Source: a virus
Lineage: Duplodnaviria; Caudoviricetes
DNA: 50,504 nt
IMG/VR virus record: IMGVR_UViG_3300005526_000012
Coordinates: 1-50,504 of that record
Reading direction: 5' to 3' (one strand)
The notes beneath the pieces were generated by a model. It was not told the DNA's origin. It saw nothing but the letters and a program-made list of their open reading frames with translations, and did no database searches. A program made the position numbers and the translations under genes. Shown piece after piece: positions 8,093 to 16,318 of the stretch (the first letter of the stretch is position 1; each line of letters opens with the position of its first letter).

Positions 8093-9203
8093 ACAAACTC
8101 TGAATATCGTAGCCCTAGGCCAAAAACTAATTGGCCTAGGGATTAAATCAGTTTTCTCGCATGTAGAACCCGGTCCAGTGGTAACAGGTTACTTCTTTAC
8201 TTTAGATCATAGCGTTCCGATCAATAAAGTAATGAAGAAAGCCGAAGATTTTGCTCTAGCAATGGAGCAAGATAAAGTTGTGGTACAACGTGTAGGCGGT
8301 AAAATTGCCGTATTCGTTCCTAATAAGGACCGGCAGATAATTGAGTTTAAAACTTATTTGCACTGGTTCTTAAATGATCCAGAAGTTAGGAAAATGAATC
8401 TCCCAATTCCATTAGGAGTGGATTTCCGTGGAAAAAAGAGTGCTTTTGATCTCACTGATATGCCTCATTGTCTCATCACTGGTTCGACCGGATCAGGAAA
8501 ATCAGTTTTTGAGGCTGCTATTATCAGCAGTCTTTCGTATTTCCGTACTAGTGATGAGCTGCATCTGTATTTGGTGGACACTAAAACTTTAGACCTTCCA
8601 TTGTTCGCAGAACTCCCACATGTAAAGGCAGTAGCTAAAACGGTTGAGGATTTTCATGATATGATGGGCACCGTAATGAGGGAAACCCGTCGTCGTAATG
8701 AAGTCTTAAACAATGCCAGTTGTAGAAATATCCAAGACTATCATAGAATGATGGGCAATATTAATTATATGCCCTATATGGTAGTAATGGTAGATGAGTT
8801 TGGAGATTTGATGGATCTAGACTCAGCACAAAGGAAGGCAACCGATGAACTTGATGAAATCCCAACAGTTAAAGGATGGATTAAATCAGCGGCGCAGATA
8901 TGTAGAGCGGCAGGCGTTCACCTTATTTGTTGCACTCAACGCGCCAGTGTTAAAGTTGTCGATGGAGACATTAAAATTAACCTACCTTGCAGAATTTCGT
9001 TGCGTTTACCCACGCAAATCGACTCTCGTACTATTCTCGGTACTGGGGGAGCAGAGAATTTGTTGGGTAAAGGTGACATGCTTATTCAAAGGCCGGAGAG
9101 AGACACTCTTGAACGTTTTCACGGCCCTTATGTAAGTATGAACGATATAGCAGAATTAGTAAATCAGTATGATATGCTGAAGGATATTTTGAAAGGAGTT
9201 TAA
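8073..9203 (+). CDS. ftsK: FtsK/SpoIIIE-family ATPase (alpha+beta motor only)
   Basis: GPVVT alpha-domain motif, PHCLITGSTGSGKS, VDEFGDL, RAAGVHLICCTQR, GAENLLGKGDML. Confidence 0.92.
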   Translation: MNQPNNEQTLNIVALGQKLIGLGIKSVFSHVEPGPVVTGYFFTLDHSVPINKVMKKAEDFALAMEQDKVVVQRVGGKIAVFVPNKDRQIIEFKTYLHWFLNDPEVRKMNLPIPLGVDFRGKKSAFDLTDMPHCLITGSTGSGKSVFEAAIISSLSYFRTSDELHLYLVDTKTLDLPLFAELPHVKAVAKTVEDFHDMMGTVMRETRRRNEVLNNASCRNIQDYHRMMGNINYMPYMVVMVDEFGDLMDLDSAQRKATDELDEIPTVKGWIKSAAQICRAAGVHLICCTQRASVKVVDGDIKINLPCRISLRLPTQIDSRTILGTGGAENLLGKGDMLIQRPERDTLERFHGPYVSMNDIAELVNQYDMLKDILKGV

Positions 9204-9216
9204 AAATCTAAAAAAG

Positions 9217-9280
9217 TTTTCCACACATTACTTTAGTAACAATGTGGAAATCTTGTGGGTATTGTGGAAAAAGTGGAAAT
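9217..9280. promoter_or_regulatory. Cluster of DnaA-box-like 9-mers
   Basis: TTTTCCACA 9217, TGTGGAAAT 9243, TGTGGGTAT 9254, TGTGGAAAA 9263, AGTGGAAAT 9272. Confidence 0.5.
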
Positions 9281-9408
9281 GTCAATACAGTCCCTATGTA
9301 TAACAAAGGAAAGGGATTAAACCTGTTTACAGGATGTGCTATGGGGCGTACACTTGGAAAGTCCGAAAACGTAAGTTGTATACATAATAAAGGACTTTTT
9401 AAGTAGTT

Positions 9409-9612
9409 ATGGCTAACGAAAAATATTCTCTGGGTGGTAAAACGGCAAGCTGGCCGATTATTAGTACTAGAATCCCGCCAGCCGAACATCGTAAACTTAT
9501 TCAAAAATTTCCTGAAAAGGGAAAAAGATCGCAGATATTGCGAGCACTTGTGCAGATGTATTTAGCGGGAAAAATCGGCCAATTAGAATTTGTTCACAAA
9601 GAGATTATTTAA
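9409..9612 (+). CDS. Ribbon-helix-helix-like DNA-binding protein
   Basis: IISTRIP strand, helix, then KRSQILRALVQMYL. Confidence 0.7.
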   Translation: MANEKYSLGGKTASWPIISTRIPPAEHRKLIQKFPEKGKRSQILRALVQMYLAGKIGQLEFVHKEII

Positions 9613-9628
9613 ATCGGAGGTTTAAAAC

Positions 9629-10195
9629 ATGGCAGCGGAAGCCAATGTTGCGTTGGTTATTTGTAAGTATTGCACCGAAGATAAAGTAAAAACCTGTGCC
9701 AAGTGTAAGAGTTATTTCTGCTCTGCTCACGCCGCAAGATTTAGTCCGAATTTCTGTAAAGAATGTCTCGTCAATCTCACCGCTGTGTGGGAGAAATTTT
9801 CCAAAACTACAACTGAATATGATCCGGTTGAAGATGTACTTAATACTGTCACATCAGGAGCTAAACGCTTGCATGTTGATGGGGCAGATTGGGTATTCTA
9901 TTCAGCATGGGTAGACTCGTTAAATGATGACGAGTTAGAGATGGTTTATGAATTTCATTATTTCGTGCTCAAGCTCATTGAACATGATAATGAAATCCGC
10001 AAAATTAAGAAAGCTAGAAAACTAGCTTCTGCTCCTACTCCTATCGGTGTCAAAACTACAAAAGAAACCAAAGTCAAGAAAACTGCCGAAGTTGTGGATA
10101 TGCAGGAAAGACTTGAAAAAATGAATCTCCCTGCTGACACAATAAGAGCTATGCTTTTAGCTGCTGGTATCAGTTATAGGGAGCCAAAAGTGTGA
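9629..10195 (+). CDS. Zinc-finger protein
   Basis: CKYC...CAKC...FCSAH...CKEC; GGAGG RBS. Confidence 0.75.
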   Translation: MAAEANVALVICKYCTEDKVKTCAKCKSYFCSAHAARFSPNFCKECLVNLTAVWEKFSKTTTEYDPVEDVLNTVTSGAKRLHVDGADWVFYSAWVDSLNDDELEMVYEFHYFVLKLIEHDNEIRKIKKARKLASAPTPIGVKTTKETKVKKTAEVVDMQERLEKMNLPADTIRAMLLAAGISYREPKV

Positions 10196-10596
10196 CAGAG
10201 GAGCGTAAACTTGCTGATAACTGCAATGAACTTTGTTATTGTGGAAGAATGCCAAGTTTCTATGATGGATTTTTTGAAAGTAATTTCTGTAGCGACGACT
10301 GTGTGGATCGTTTACGGGCTTTTTTCGCGCACTCGCCGTCGTGCGGTAGCAGAATTAAACAAAAAGTACGCGATGCTGTTGAAGCGGGAGATTTTAAGAT
10401 ACAAGGTTCAGTAGTAACACTGCTTAAAGATGACGCTAAAGCTTCACGAGTAATGCAGCGGATAGAAGCTAGCGTGGATAAAGTTGTAGCGGCTTTAGAT
10501 CAGGATGCGGAAACTCGTAAAAAGCTAAAGAAGATGGGTTTAGATGATGCTACTATTGAAGCGATGATTATCGCACAGAAAGAGATAAAATCATGA
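10192..10596 (+). CDS. Zinc-finger protein
   Basis: CYCG...FCSDDC; C-terminal LKKMGLDDATIEAM resembles LEKMNLPADTIRAM of the preceding protein. Confidence 0.65.
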   Translation: MTEERKLADNCNELCYCGRMPSFYDGFFESNFCSDDCVDRLRAFFAHSPSCGSRIKQKVRDAVEAGDFKIQGSVVTLLKDDAKASRVMQRIEASVDKVVAALDQDAETRKKLKKMGLDDATIEAMIIAQKEIKS

Positions 10597-10790
10597 AGAT
10601 ATATCTGATATTTAAGACTGAATTTCCCACAGATTATGATGGGGAGTTATTGTATGCATATGTAAGTAGCTACTTAGCCAGTAATAAAATTACTGAATTG
10701 GAAGATAAACATCCAAGTTCAGAAGCTAATTTTTACACTAGAACGATAGAGACTTCTGATGTAACAGATGTTTTGTTATCCAAAGGATAA
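10593..10790 (+). CDS. Hypothetical protein
   Basis: ATGA coupling. Confidence 0.55.
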   Translation: MKIYLIFKTEFPTDYDGELLYAYVSSYLASNKITELEDKHPSSEANFYTRTIETSDVTDVLLSKG

Positions 10791-10795
10791 AACTC

Positions 10796-11878
10796 ATGAC
10801 ACCAGAACAAGCTAGCAGTAAATATCACTGGGTTCAATATAATCCAGAAACTAACACAATTGATCTATTTATGGATCATCACATGTTATCAACATGTAGA
10901 ACGTGTGAGAGTAAATTTGTTCTTGAACATATTCTAAACTTCCGTCCCAAAGGGCATAAAGCATGGAGCTTACTATTTGGAGCTTGGATGCATTATTGCT
11001 TTGAAACTTATTATGAACACATTCGTACTCACGAAGGAAAGCCACCTGATGTAAATGAATGGCTTATATATGCTAAAACGAAGTGGCGAGATTTGGGATT
11101 AGATAGTTATGCTGACGAAACTAAATATCAAGAAATTGGTGGTTGGGATGGGGCTTGTTCATTACTGGTACAGTATTACGCTTTCTATATGGAACAGAGA
11201 TTGCGTGTTGTGGCTACAGAAATACCTTTTGGCTTTGATCGTGAAGTTTATCTTGGTGAGTTTGAGATTTATGTCAACGGTAATTTTATCCAAGTTAGAT
11301 GTTTTCTAACTGGCCGAATTGATATGATGGTAGATAATGGATCAATTATTGGTCCCGTCGATCATAAACATACTCACTTATTTAGAGGAGATGAGTGGGA
11401 TAAATTTAATCCTCACGACGGGATCACAGGATATATTTATGCAACGTCAACTATACTTGCGAAATTTTTTCCTGATTATAAAAAACAATGCCTTAACGGT
11501 TGGATATTTCACATTCAAGGCCGTTCTCCGGCGAAGGCTCGTAATACTGGAATATTACGCCCAAGGTTTAAAGCATCAAGAATTGACAAGCAGCCAAGCC
11601 AGCTTGATGATTATGCTGCGCGAAATGTGGCGACCTTCAAACGTGTATCAGAATTACTTTTCTGCGATAAAACTCCCGAATGGACGACAACTTCTTGTCA
11701 CAATATTTACAACAGAGACTGTGAGTATTTAACTATTCACAAACAGCCAAAAGAAGAATGGGCTGCACAAATACAACAGTTCTATAATATTGTTACACCG
11801 TGGAATCCTAACAAGCCGGAAGAAAGTTTAATTGTTAGAGATGATGTTAAAACTGGAGAAGTGGAGATTAAATCATGA
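10796..11878 (+). CDS. PD-(D/E)XK (RecB/Cas4-like) exonuclease
   Basis: FGAWMH, ATEIPF, LTGRIDMMV, VDHKHT, N- and C-terminal cysteines. Confidence 0.85.
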   Translation: MTPEQASSKYHWVQYNPETNTIDLFMDHHMLSTCRTCESKFVLEHILNFRPKGHKAWSLLFGAWMHYCFETYYEHIRTHEGKPPDVNEWLIYAKTKWRDLGLDSYADETKYQEIGGWDGACSLLVQYYAFYMEQRLRVVATEIPFGFDREVYLGEFEIYVNGNFIQVRCFLTGRIDMMVDNGSIIGPVDHKHTHLFRGDEWDKFNPHDGITGYIYATSTILAKFFPDYKKQCLNGWIFHIQGRSPAKARNTGILRPRFKASRIDKQPSQLDDYAARNVATFKRVSELLFCDKTPEWTTTSCHNIYNRDCEYLTIHKQPKEEWAAQIQQFYNIVTPWNPNKPEESLIVRDDVKTGEVEIKS

Positions 11879-12699
11879 CAGATGAAATTGTGAAATTGAA
11901 CGAGTTAGATTTTTTGCAGAGTATAGGAATCCAAAATCTAACTAACGCACACGATATAACTAACACTGATCGTTTAAAGGTGGCAATTTGTGGCGAGAAG
12001 AAAAGCGGAAAATCTAACATCATTGCTAAAACAGCACGTAAACCTTTGCTCCACTATGATTTCGATGATAGACGAGAATCTATTGCCGGAGCAGAAGATA
12101 CAATTATCAAAACTCTTGTGGATACAGATTCAACTATACCTAAAGCTTGGTCAGAACTTGAATCTGATCTTGGAAGTTTGGAATACGCCAAAAAATCAAA
12201 ACCTCTCCCGTTCAAAAGTATCGCGCTAGATAGCGCAACGTATCTTCGTCAAATAGCGGAAAATCAAATGATGAAAGATACATCTATGATGCGGAAAGCT
12301 CGTATTGGAGCTAAAACTTATCAAATCGCTCAAGGATGGGATGCGATAAATTATGTCCATCGAATGTTGTATGAACTACTCCGTCGCTTTTTCGCGCTCG
12401 ATGTTGACGTATACGTTGTGTTCCATACAAGACAAGAAAAAGATAAGGCTAATTCAACCAGCACCGAAACTAAATACACTGACCGTCTTACCGTTGATCC
12501 TCAAAATTTGGAAGTGTTACTCTCTATGTTCAACGAAACATGGCGAACCTATGTTAATACTGATGGTGCTTTTAGACTTCAGGTTCGTCAAGATTGGCGT
12601 TTTAATGCTGCTACTGCTTTGAAAGTAGGCGCTGATGAACCTCAAGACATTCAGAAACTTCTTGCGGAACATGATGAGAATTTGCGAAAGAACGGCTAA
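11875..12699 (+). CDS. Sak4-like P-loop ATPase/recombinase
   Basis: ICGEKKSGKS, DFD, IALDSAT, VVFH; lies between exonuclease and SSB. Confidence 0.8.
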   Translation: MTDEIVKLNELDFLQSIGIQNLTNAHDITNTDRLKVAICGEKKSGKSNIIAKTARKPLLHYDFDDRRESIAGAEDTIIKTLVDTDSTIPKAWSELESDLGSLEYAKKSKPLPFKSIALDSATYLRQIAENQMMKDTSMMRKARIGAKTYQIAQGWDAINYVHRMLYELLRRFFALDVDVYVVFHTRQEKDKANSTSTETKYTDRLTVDPQNLEVLLSMFNETWRTYVNTDGAFRLQVRQDWRFNAATALKVGADEPQDIQKLLAEHDENLRKNG

Positions 12700-13114
12700 A
12701 GCCAATACTAACATACCGCAACATAGATATACCGTTGGTATTGATTGGACTACTATAAGACCGGGTATGGTTATACCATTTGCAGGTAATGGTATTGATG
12801 ATTTGATTGCTGCACAAAATGCTCAGAATAATAATCTAGCAGCTCAAGCTGATTTTTATACTAGGTTATTAAAACAAGCAGTAAAAGATGAAGAATTTAG
12901 AATGGCTCAAGAGAGAAAAGAATCCGTTGAGATATATTCTAACGTCATAGAAGCCAAATATGGCGTCAAGCTCTGTGTATCTCATAAACATGACAGTGAT
13001 ATGACTCAAATGTTACTGCTTGTTCCCAATAAACTTTTTGCAGATGAACAAGGCAAAGAATCACTAGCCGAAGCTCTGCATAACATAGCTATGTTTATTC
13101 TATCAATGGAATAA
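12635..13114 (+). CDS. Hypothetical protein (start uncertain)
   Basis: ORF fills gap. Confidence 0.55.
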   Translation: MNLKTFRNFLRNMMRICERTAKANTNIPQHRYTVGIDWTTIRPGMVIPFAGNGIDDLIAAQNAQNNNLAAQADFYTRLLKQAVKDEEFRMAQERKESVEIYSNVIEAKYGVKLCVSHKHDSDMTQMLLLVPNKLFADEQGKESLAEALHNIAMFILSME

Positions 13115-13179
13115 GCGTAGCTATCTCATTAAAGCCTTCGGGCTTAACGGTCGCTACAGACCTTAAAAAGGAAAAACGA

Positions 13180-13668
13180 ATGCCAGTTAAAATGGGAGTA
13201 GATCCTGAACAGGTAAAAGCTCCTAAGCCGGTTCAAGGTGGATGGTACGATCTAAAACTTGTCGGGTTTAAGCCTAAAATGTCGAAAGACAAAGGTAGTC
13301 TTAACCTTAACGCAAATCTTGTGGTCGTTAATGCGAAAGCGGAAGAAAACGACACCAAGGTTTACATGGGTCTAAACTCCAAGTTTGCACGCGCATGGGC
13401 AGATTTTGCTCATGGTTTTGGTTTCCCTCTAAATCCTGATGGTACGCTTCCGGGAGATTTTATCCCTGATGATAAGGATAAAGAGAACGTCGAAAAGTAT
13501 CAATACAAGGGGCCTCTACTCGGTAAGATTTTGCACGCTGAATTAATCGTTTCCACGTATCAAGGAAACGAACGCAACGAAGTTAATCAGATTAGATGCA
13601 AAGTAGACGGGTGTGCAACAAAGTTCCCGGATATTAAACATCTAACTAAAATGGCTGGCAATAGCTAA
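13180..13668 (+). CDS. Phage single-stranded DNA-binding protein (DUF669-like)
   Basis: PVQGGWYDLKL...YQGNERNEV OB-fold pattern; context after Sak4-like gene. Confidence 0.7.
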   Translation: MPVKMGVDPEQVKAPKPVQGGWYDLKLVGFKPKMSKDKGSLNLNANLVVVNAKAEENDTKVYMGLNSKFARAWADFAHGFGFPLNPDGTLPGDFIPDDKDKENVEKYQYKGPLLGKILHAELIVSTYQGNERNEVNQIRCKVDGCATKFPDIKHLTKMAGNS

Positions 13669-13764
13669 AGTTTCCTTCGATCAATTATAAACGTTTCCGC
13701 CGTTTATAATCCGAAGGAGTCTCCTCCAGCAAGGCTGTCATGAGCCTTATACGCGGAGATAATT

Positions 13765-13799
13765 AGGATCGGGTAGTGCTGGAAACCCCGGTCCTTTTT
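13765..13799 (+). terminator. Intrinsic terminator
   Basis: AGGATCGGG-loop-CCCGGTCCT followed by T run. Confidence 0.7.
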
Positions 13800-13813
13800 A
13801 ATAGAGGATTATA

Positions 13814-13954
13814 ATGGGAAAGATTAAAATCTGCGATCATAATATAACGCCAAAATCTAATTGTCGAAAATGCAGACAAATTGCATCACGGCTGAGTATG
13901 CGGAAAATAAGAGACAAACGAAAAAAGGAACAACAAAATGGAAACGATAAATGA
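13814..13954 (+). CDS. Small basic Cys/His protein (46 aa, not in ORF track)
   Basis: GAGG RBS; CDH...CRKC. Confidence 0.45.
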   Translation: MGKIKICDHNITPKSNCRKCRQIASRLSMRKIRDKRKKEQQNGNDK

Positions 13955-14189
13955 GTTCCGTTTTAAGTTAGTCTCTCAGATAACTCATGATCTGGATATT
14001 TATATTTCTTGTCAGTTAGTAGGATTGGGATTACTTTCTGAGCGCGAACATATTGAAATCTTGCGTATATTTCAGCAAACTTTAAGGAGATCAACACTTT
14101 ATGGAAGTAATGAATCAGGAGCAATATCTCAAAAGGTTCAAGGAGATAACAGACGAGATGTTCAACTTAACCTCTTTAAAAAATCATGA
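13938..14189 (+). CDS. Hypothetical protein
   Basis: AAGGA RBS. Confidence 0.5.
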   Translation: METINEFRFKLVSQITHDLDIYISCQLVGLGLLSEREHIEILRIFQQTLRRSTLYGSNESGAISQKVQGDNRRDVQLNLFKKS

Positions 14190-14505
14190 TTATGCTAAAG
14201 AGGAAGAAGCGTTAGCTAACTTTAAAGAGTTCGGAGCCGTTGGCGTTTTAGTTCGCATTAGTGATAAGTTTAAACGTCTTAAGAATAAGATGTGGGATAA
14301 ACAGGAGTTCGTAGTAGATGAAAGTTTGAAAGATACACAGATGGACTTGGCGGTTTATGCCGTCATTATGATGATTATTACTGAACAAGAAGAAAAAGAA
14401 CGTATAGGTAAAAAGCGTCAGATTACAGCTATGCAAGCTGCATTACCTGATCTTAGTGATGCTAACTATTTAGAAGCCGAAGTTAAAAGGTTTGGTAAAA
14501 AATGA
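14101..14505 (+). CDS. Nucleotide-modification-associated (DUF1599/Nmad1-like) helical protein
   Basis: KNHDYA...NF...GVLVRISDKFKRL...DTQMDLAVYA. Confidence 0.75.
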   Translation: MEVMNQEQYLKRFKEITDEMFNLTSLKNHDYAKEEEALANFKEFGAVGVLVRISDKFKRLKNKMWDKQEFVVDESLKDTQMDLAVYAVIMMIITEQEEKERIGKKRQITAMQAALPDLSDANYLEAEVKRFGKK

Positions 14506-15635
14506 TTCGTGATTATGGTGATATTAATAATCCGCTATGGGTAGTAACAAAGGAACCGTATGCTAAAGATGCGGAGAATGGTTATATCTATAGTGGCGGT
14601 TATGGATATAGTTTCAAGAAAACTTGGAAGTTATCCGGTGCTCCTGATCCTTTCATTACTTGCGTTAATCCTGAGCTTAGTGTTGATACAGATTGGAACG
14701 TTCATTTTCCATTATTCCTTCAACGTTTAAATAACGCTAAACCTAAGATCATTGTTTCTCTTGGAGACGATCTTATTACTAGACTTGTTCCAGCAACCGC
14801 TCCGCGTCAAAAGAAAACTAGCGGAAAACAAGCTAGCGCATTATGGAAGTGGGCGGGTTCATTATTACAAAGTCCTTTACTAAACTTCGAGCATTATATT
14901 ATAGGAACTTATACCCCTGACTTCGTAACTAATAATTGGGATTTGCATGAGATTCAAGGATATATTGATTTCGGCCGCGCTAAGTCTGAGCTTGACTATT
15001 ATAATTTGCATAATAGTTTACAGCCTATGCCGGTGCGTTCTATAATAACTGAGCCAACTTATGAAACAGTTTGTGATTATTTGCGCTGGTTATTGGATGC
15101 TCACGCTAATCATAACCTACCGTGTGAGAATTTCGTTTCGTCGGATATCGAAACTATTCGTCCTAAAAAGGCCAGTCCCTATTATGATCTTGGACACAGC
15201 GGGTATACTTACACTATATCTCTTGCTCCATCTCCTAAAGAAGCCATAAGCTTCTGTTTATGGGATTATCCTCCTAGTCAAGCTATAATAATTTGGCGTC
15301 TTTTAGCGAGAGTGCTCAATGAGATTCCTCAAATTGGTCAAAATTATTTCACTTTTGATTCCCATCATTTGGAAGCTCTTGGCTACAAAATATGTTTGGT
15401 TTGCTGTTCCGATACAATGTTACGACACCATATCTTATGGCCAGGCTTACCACATAAGCTTCAGTTTCAAACCCGTCAATATACTAGGGAGCCTTACTAT
15501 AAAGATGAGGGTAAGAACTGGACTGTTAAGCATAAGCATCAGTTAATGAGATATAACTGTTTAGATACTATGGTTACTTATGAAATCTGGATTGCCCAAG
15601 AGGAGGAATTTAATGACCGACCCCATCTCAGATAA
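14502..15635 (+). CDS. DNA polymerase A, N-terminal half: degenerate UDG-like domain plus 3'-5' exonuclease
   Basis: KPKIIVSLG and GTYTP (UDG fold); ExoI SDIET, ExoII GQNYFTFD, ExoIII YNCLD. Confidence 0.85.
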   Translation: MIRDYGDINNPLWVVTKEPYAKDAENGYIYSGGYGYSFKKTWKLSGAPDPFITCVNPELSVDTDWNVHFPLFLQRLNNAKPKIIVSLGDDLITRLVPATAPRQKKTSGKQASALWKWAGSLLQSPLLNFEHYIIGTYTPDFVTNNWDLHEIQGYIDFGRAKSELDYYNLHNSLQPMPVRSIITEPTYETVCDYLRWLLDAHANHNLPCENFVSSDIETIRPKKASPYYDLGHSGYTYTISLAPSPKEAISFCLWDYPPSQAIIIWRLLARVLNEIPQIGQNYFTFDSHHLEALGYKICLVCCSDTMLRHHILWPGLPHKLQFQTRQYTREPYYKDEGKNWTVKHKHQLMRYNCLDTMVTYEIWIAQEEEFNDRPHLR

Positions 15636-16318
15636 AAAGAAATATGAAGCTCCGACTATCACAATACTTTGTGGCAAGAAAATAAGAACAATGGATAATA
15701 ACTTAATGCCGTGTGTACGGCCTAAAGGTCATCAAGATGGATGCAATCCCTTCTCAAACACAACGCCACAGATTAAACGAGATAAGTAAATGTGTGGAAT
15801 ATATTAATGAGTGTGACGAACAAACTCAAATAGCTCAAGATTGGAATAGTTGGGTTAATTGGATGTGGGGATTGTTAGATTGGTCTGAGGAGTTACACCG
15901 TCTACTCTATGAATATGATAAGGAAATAGATGAACTATCTGCTTGAACATCCTGAATTTATTTGGACGGTAGTAACCGGGCTTCTGTGCTTTAGTTTTGG
16001 TTGCGGTATAACTTACTTCACCATTAAGGAAACTCGTCGTAACGTTAATGGATTAGGTTATAAAGTAACCAAACTTAAAGATTGGATGGTCGCTAACGAG
16101 CCGGACGAAAATAAAAGAATTAAATTATTGGAGTATCTAAAATGAATCGCCTTTATCAAATATCTCTATCGTATGCTTGTTTTGGAATAGAAATAAGCCC
16201 TGCTGATAAATGTGTTCGAGTAGCTCCTATAGCTAGATGGATGATGGGTAAAGATTTCATTGAAATTATAGAGTGGATAGAGAAGAAAAATGGAACAATT
16301 AATTACATCGAGCTATGA
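15580..16318 (+). CDS. Four small ORFs (15580/15613-15789, 15713-15946, 15930-16145 single-TM, 16142-16318)
   Basis: Overlapping/coupled short ORFs between the polymerase halves. Confidence 0.5.

Noticed and set aside
9208-9504. 98-aa minus-strand ORF
   Set aside because: Antisense to the RHH gene across a regulatory gap; no RBS or motifs
10796-11878. Cas4-like nuclease as a sign of CRISPR-Cas
   Set aside because: No repeat-spacer array or other cas genes seen; context is the usual exonuclease-Sak4-SSB module
15636-16289. Group I intron or intein in polA
   Set aside because: Gap is filled with coupled small ORFs; no intron core or homing-endonuclease motifs seen
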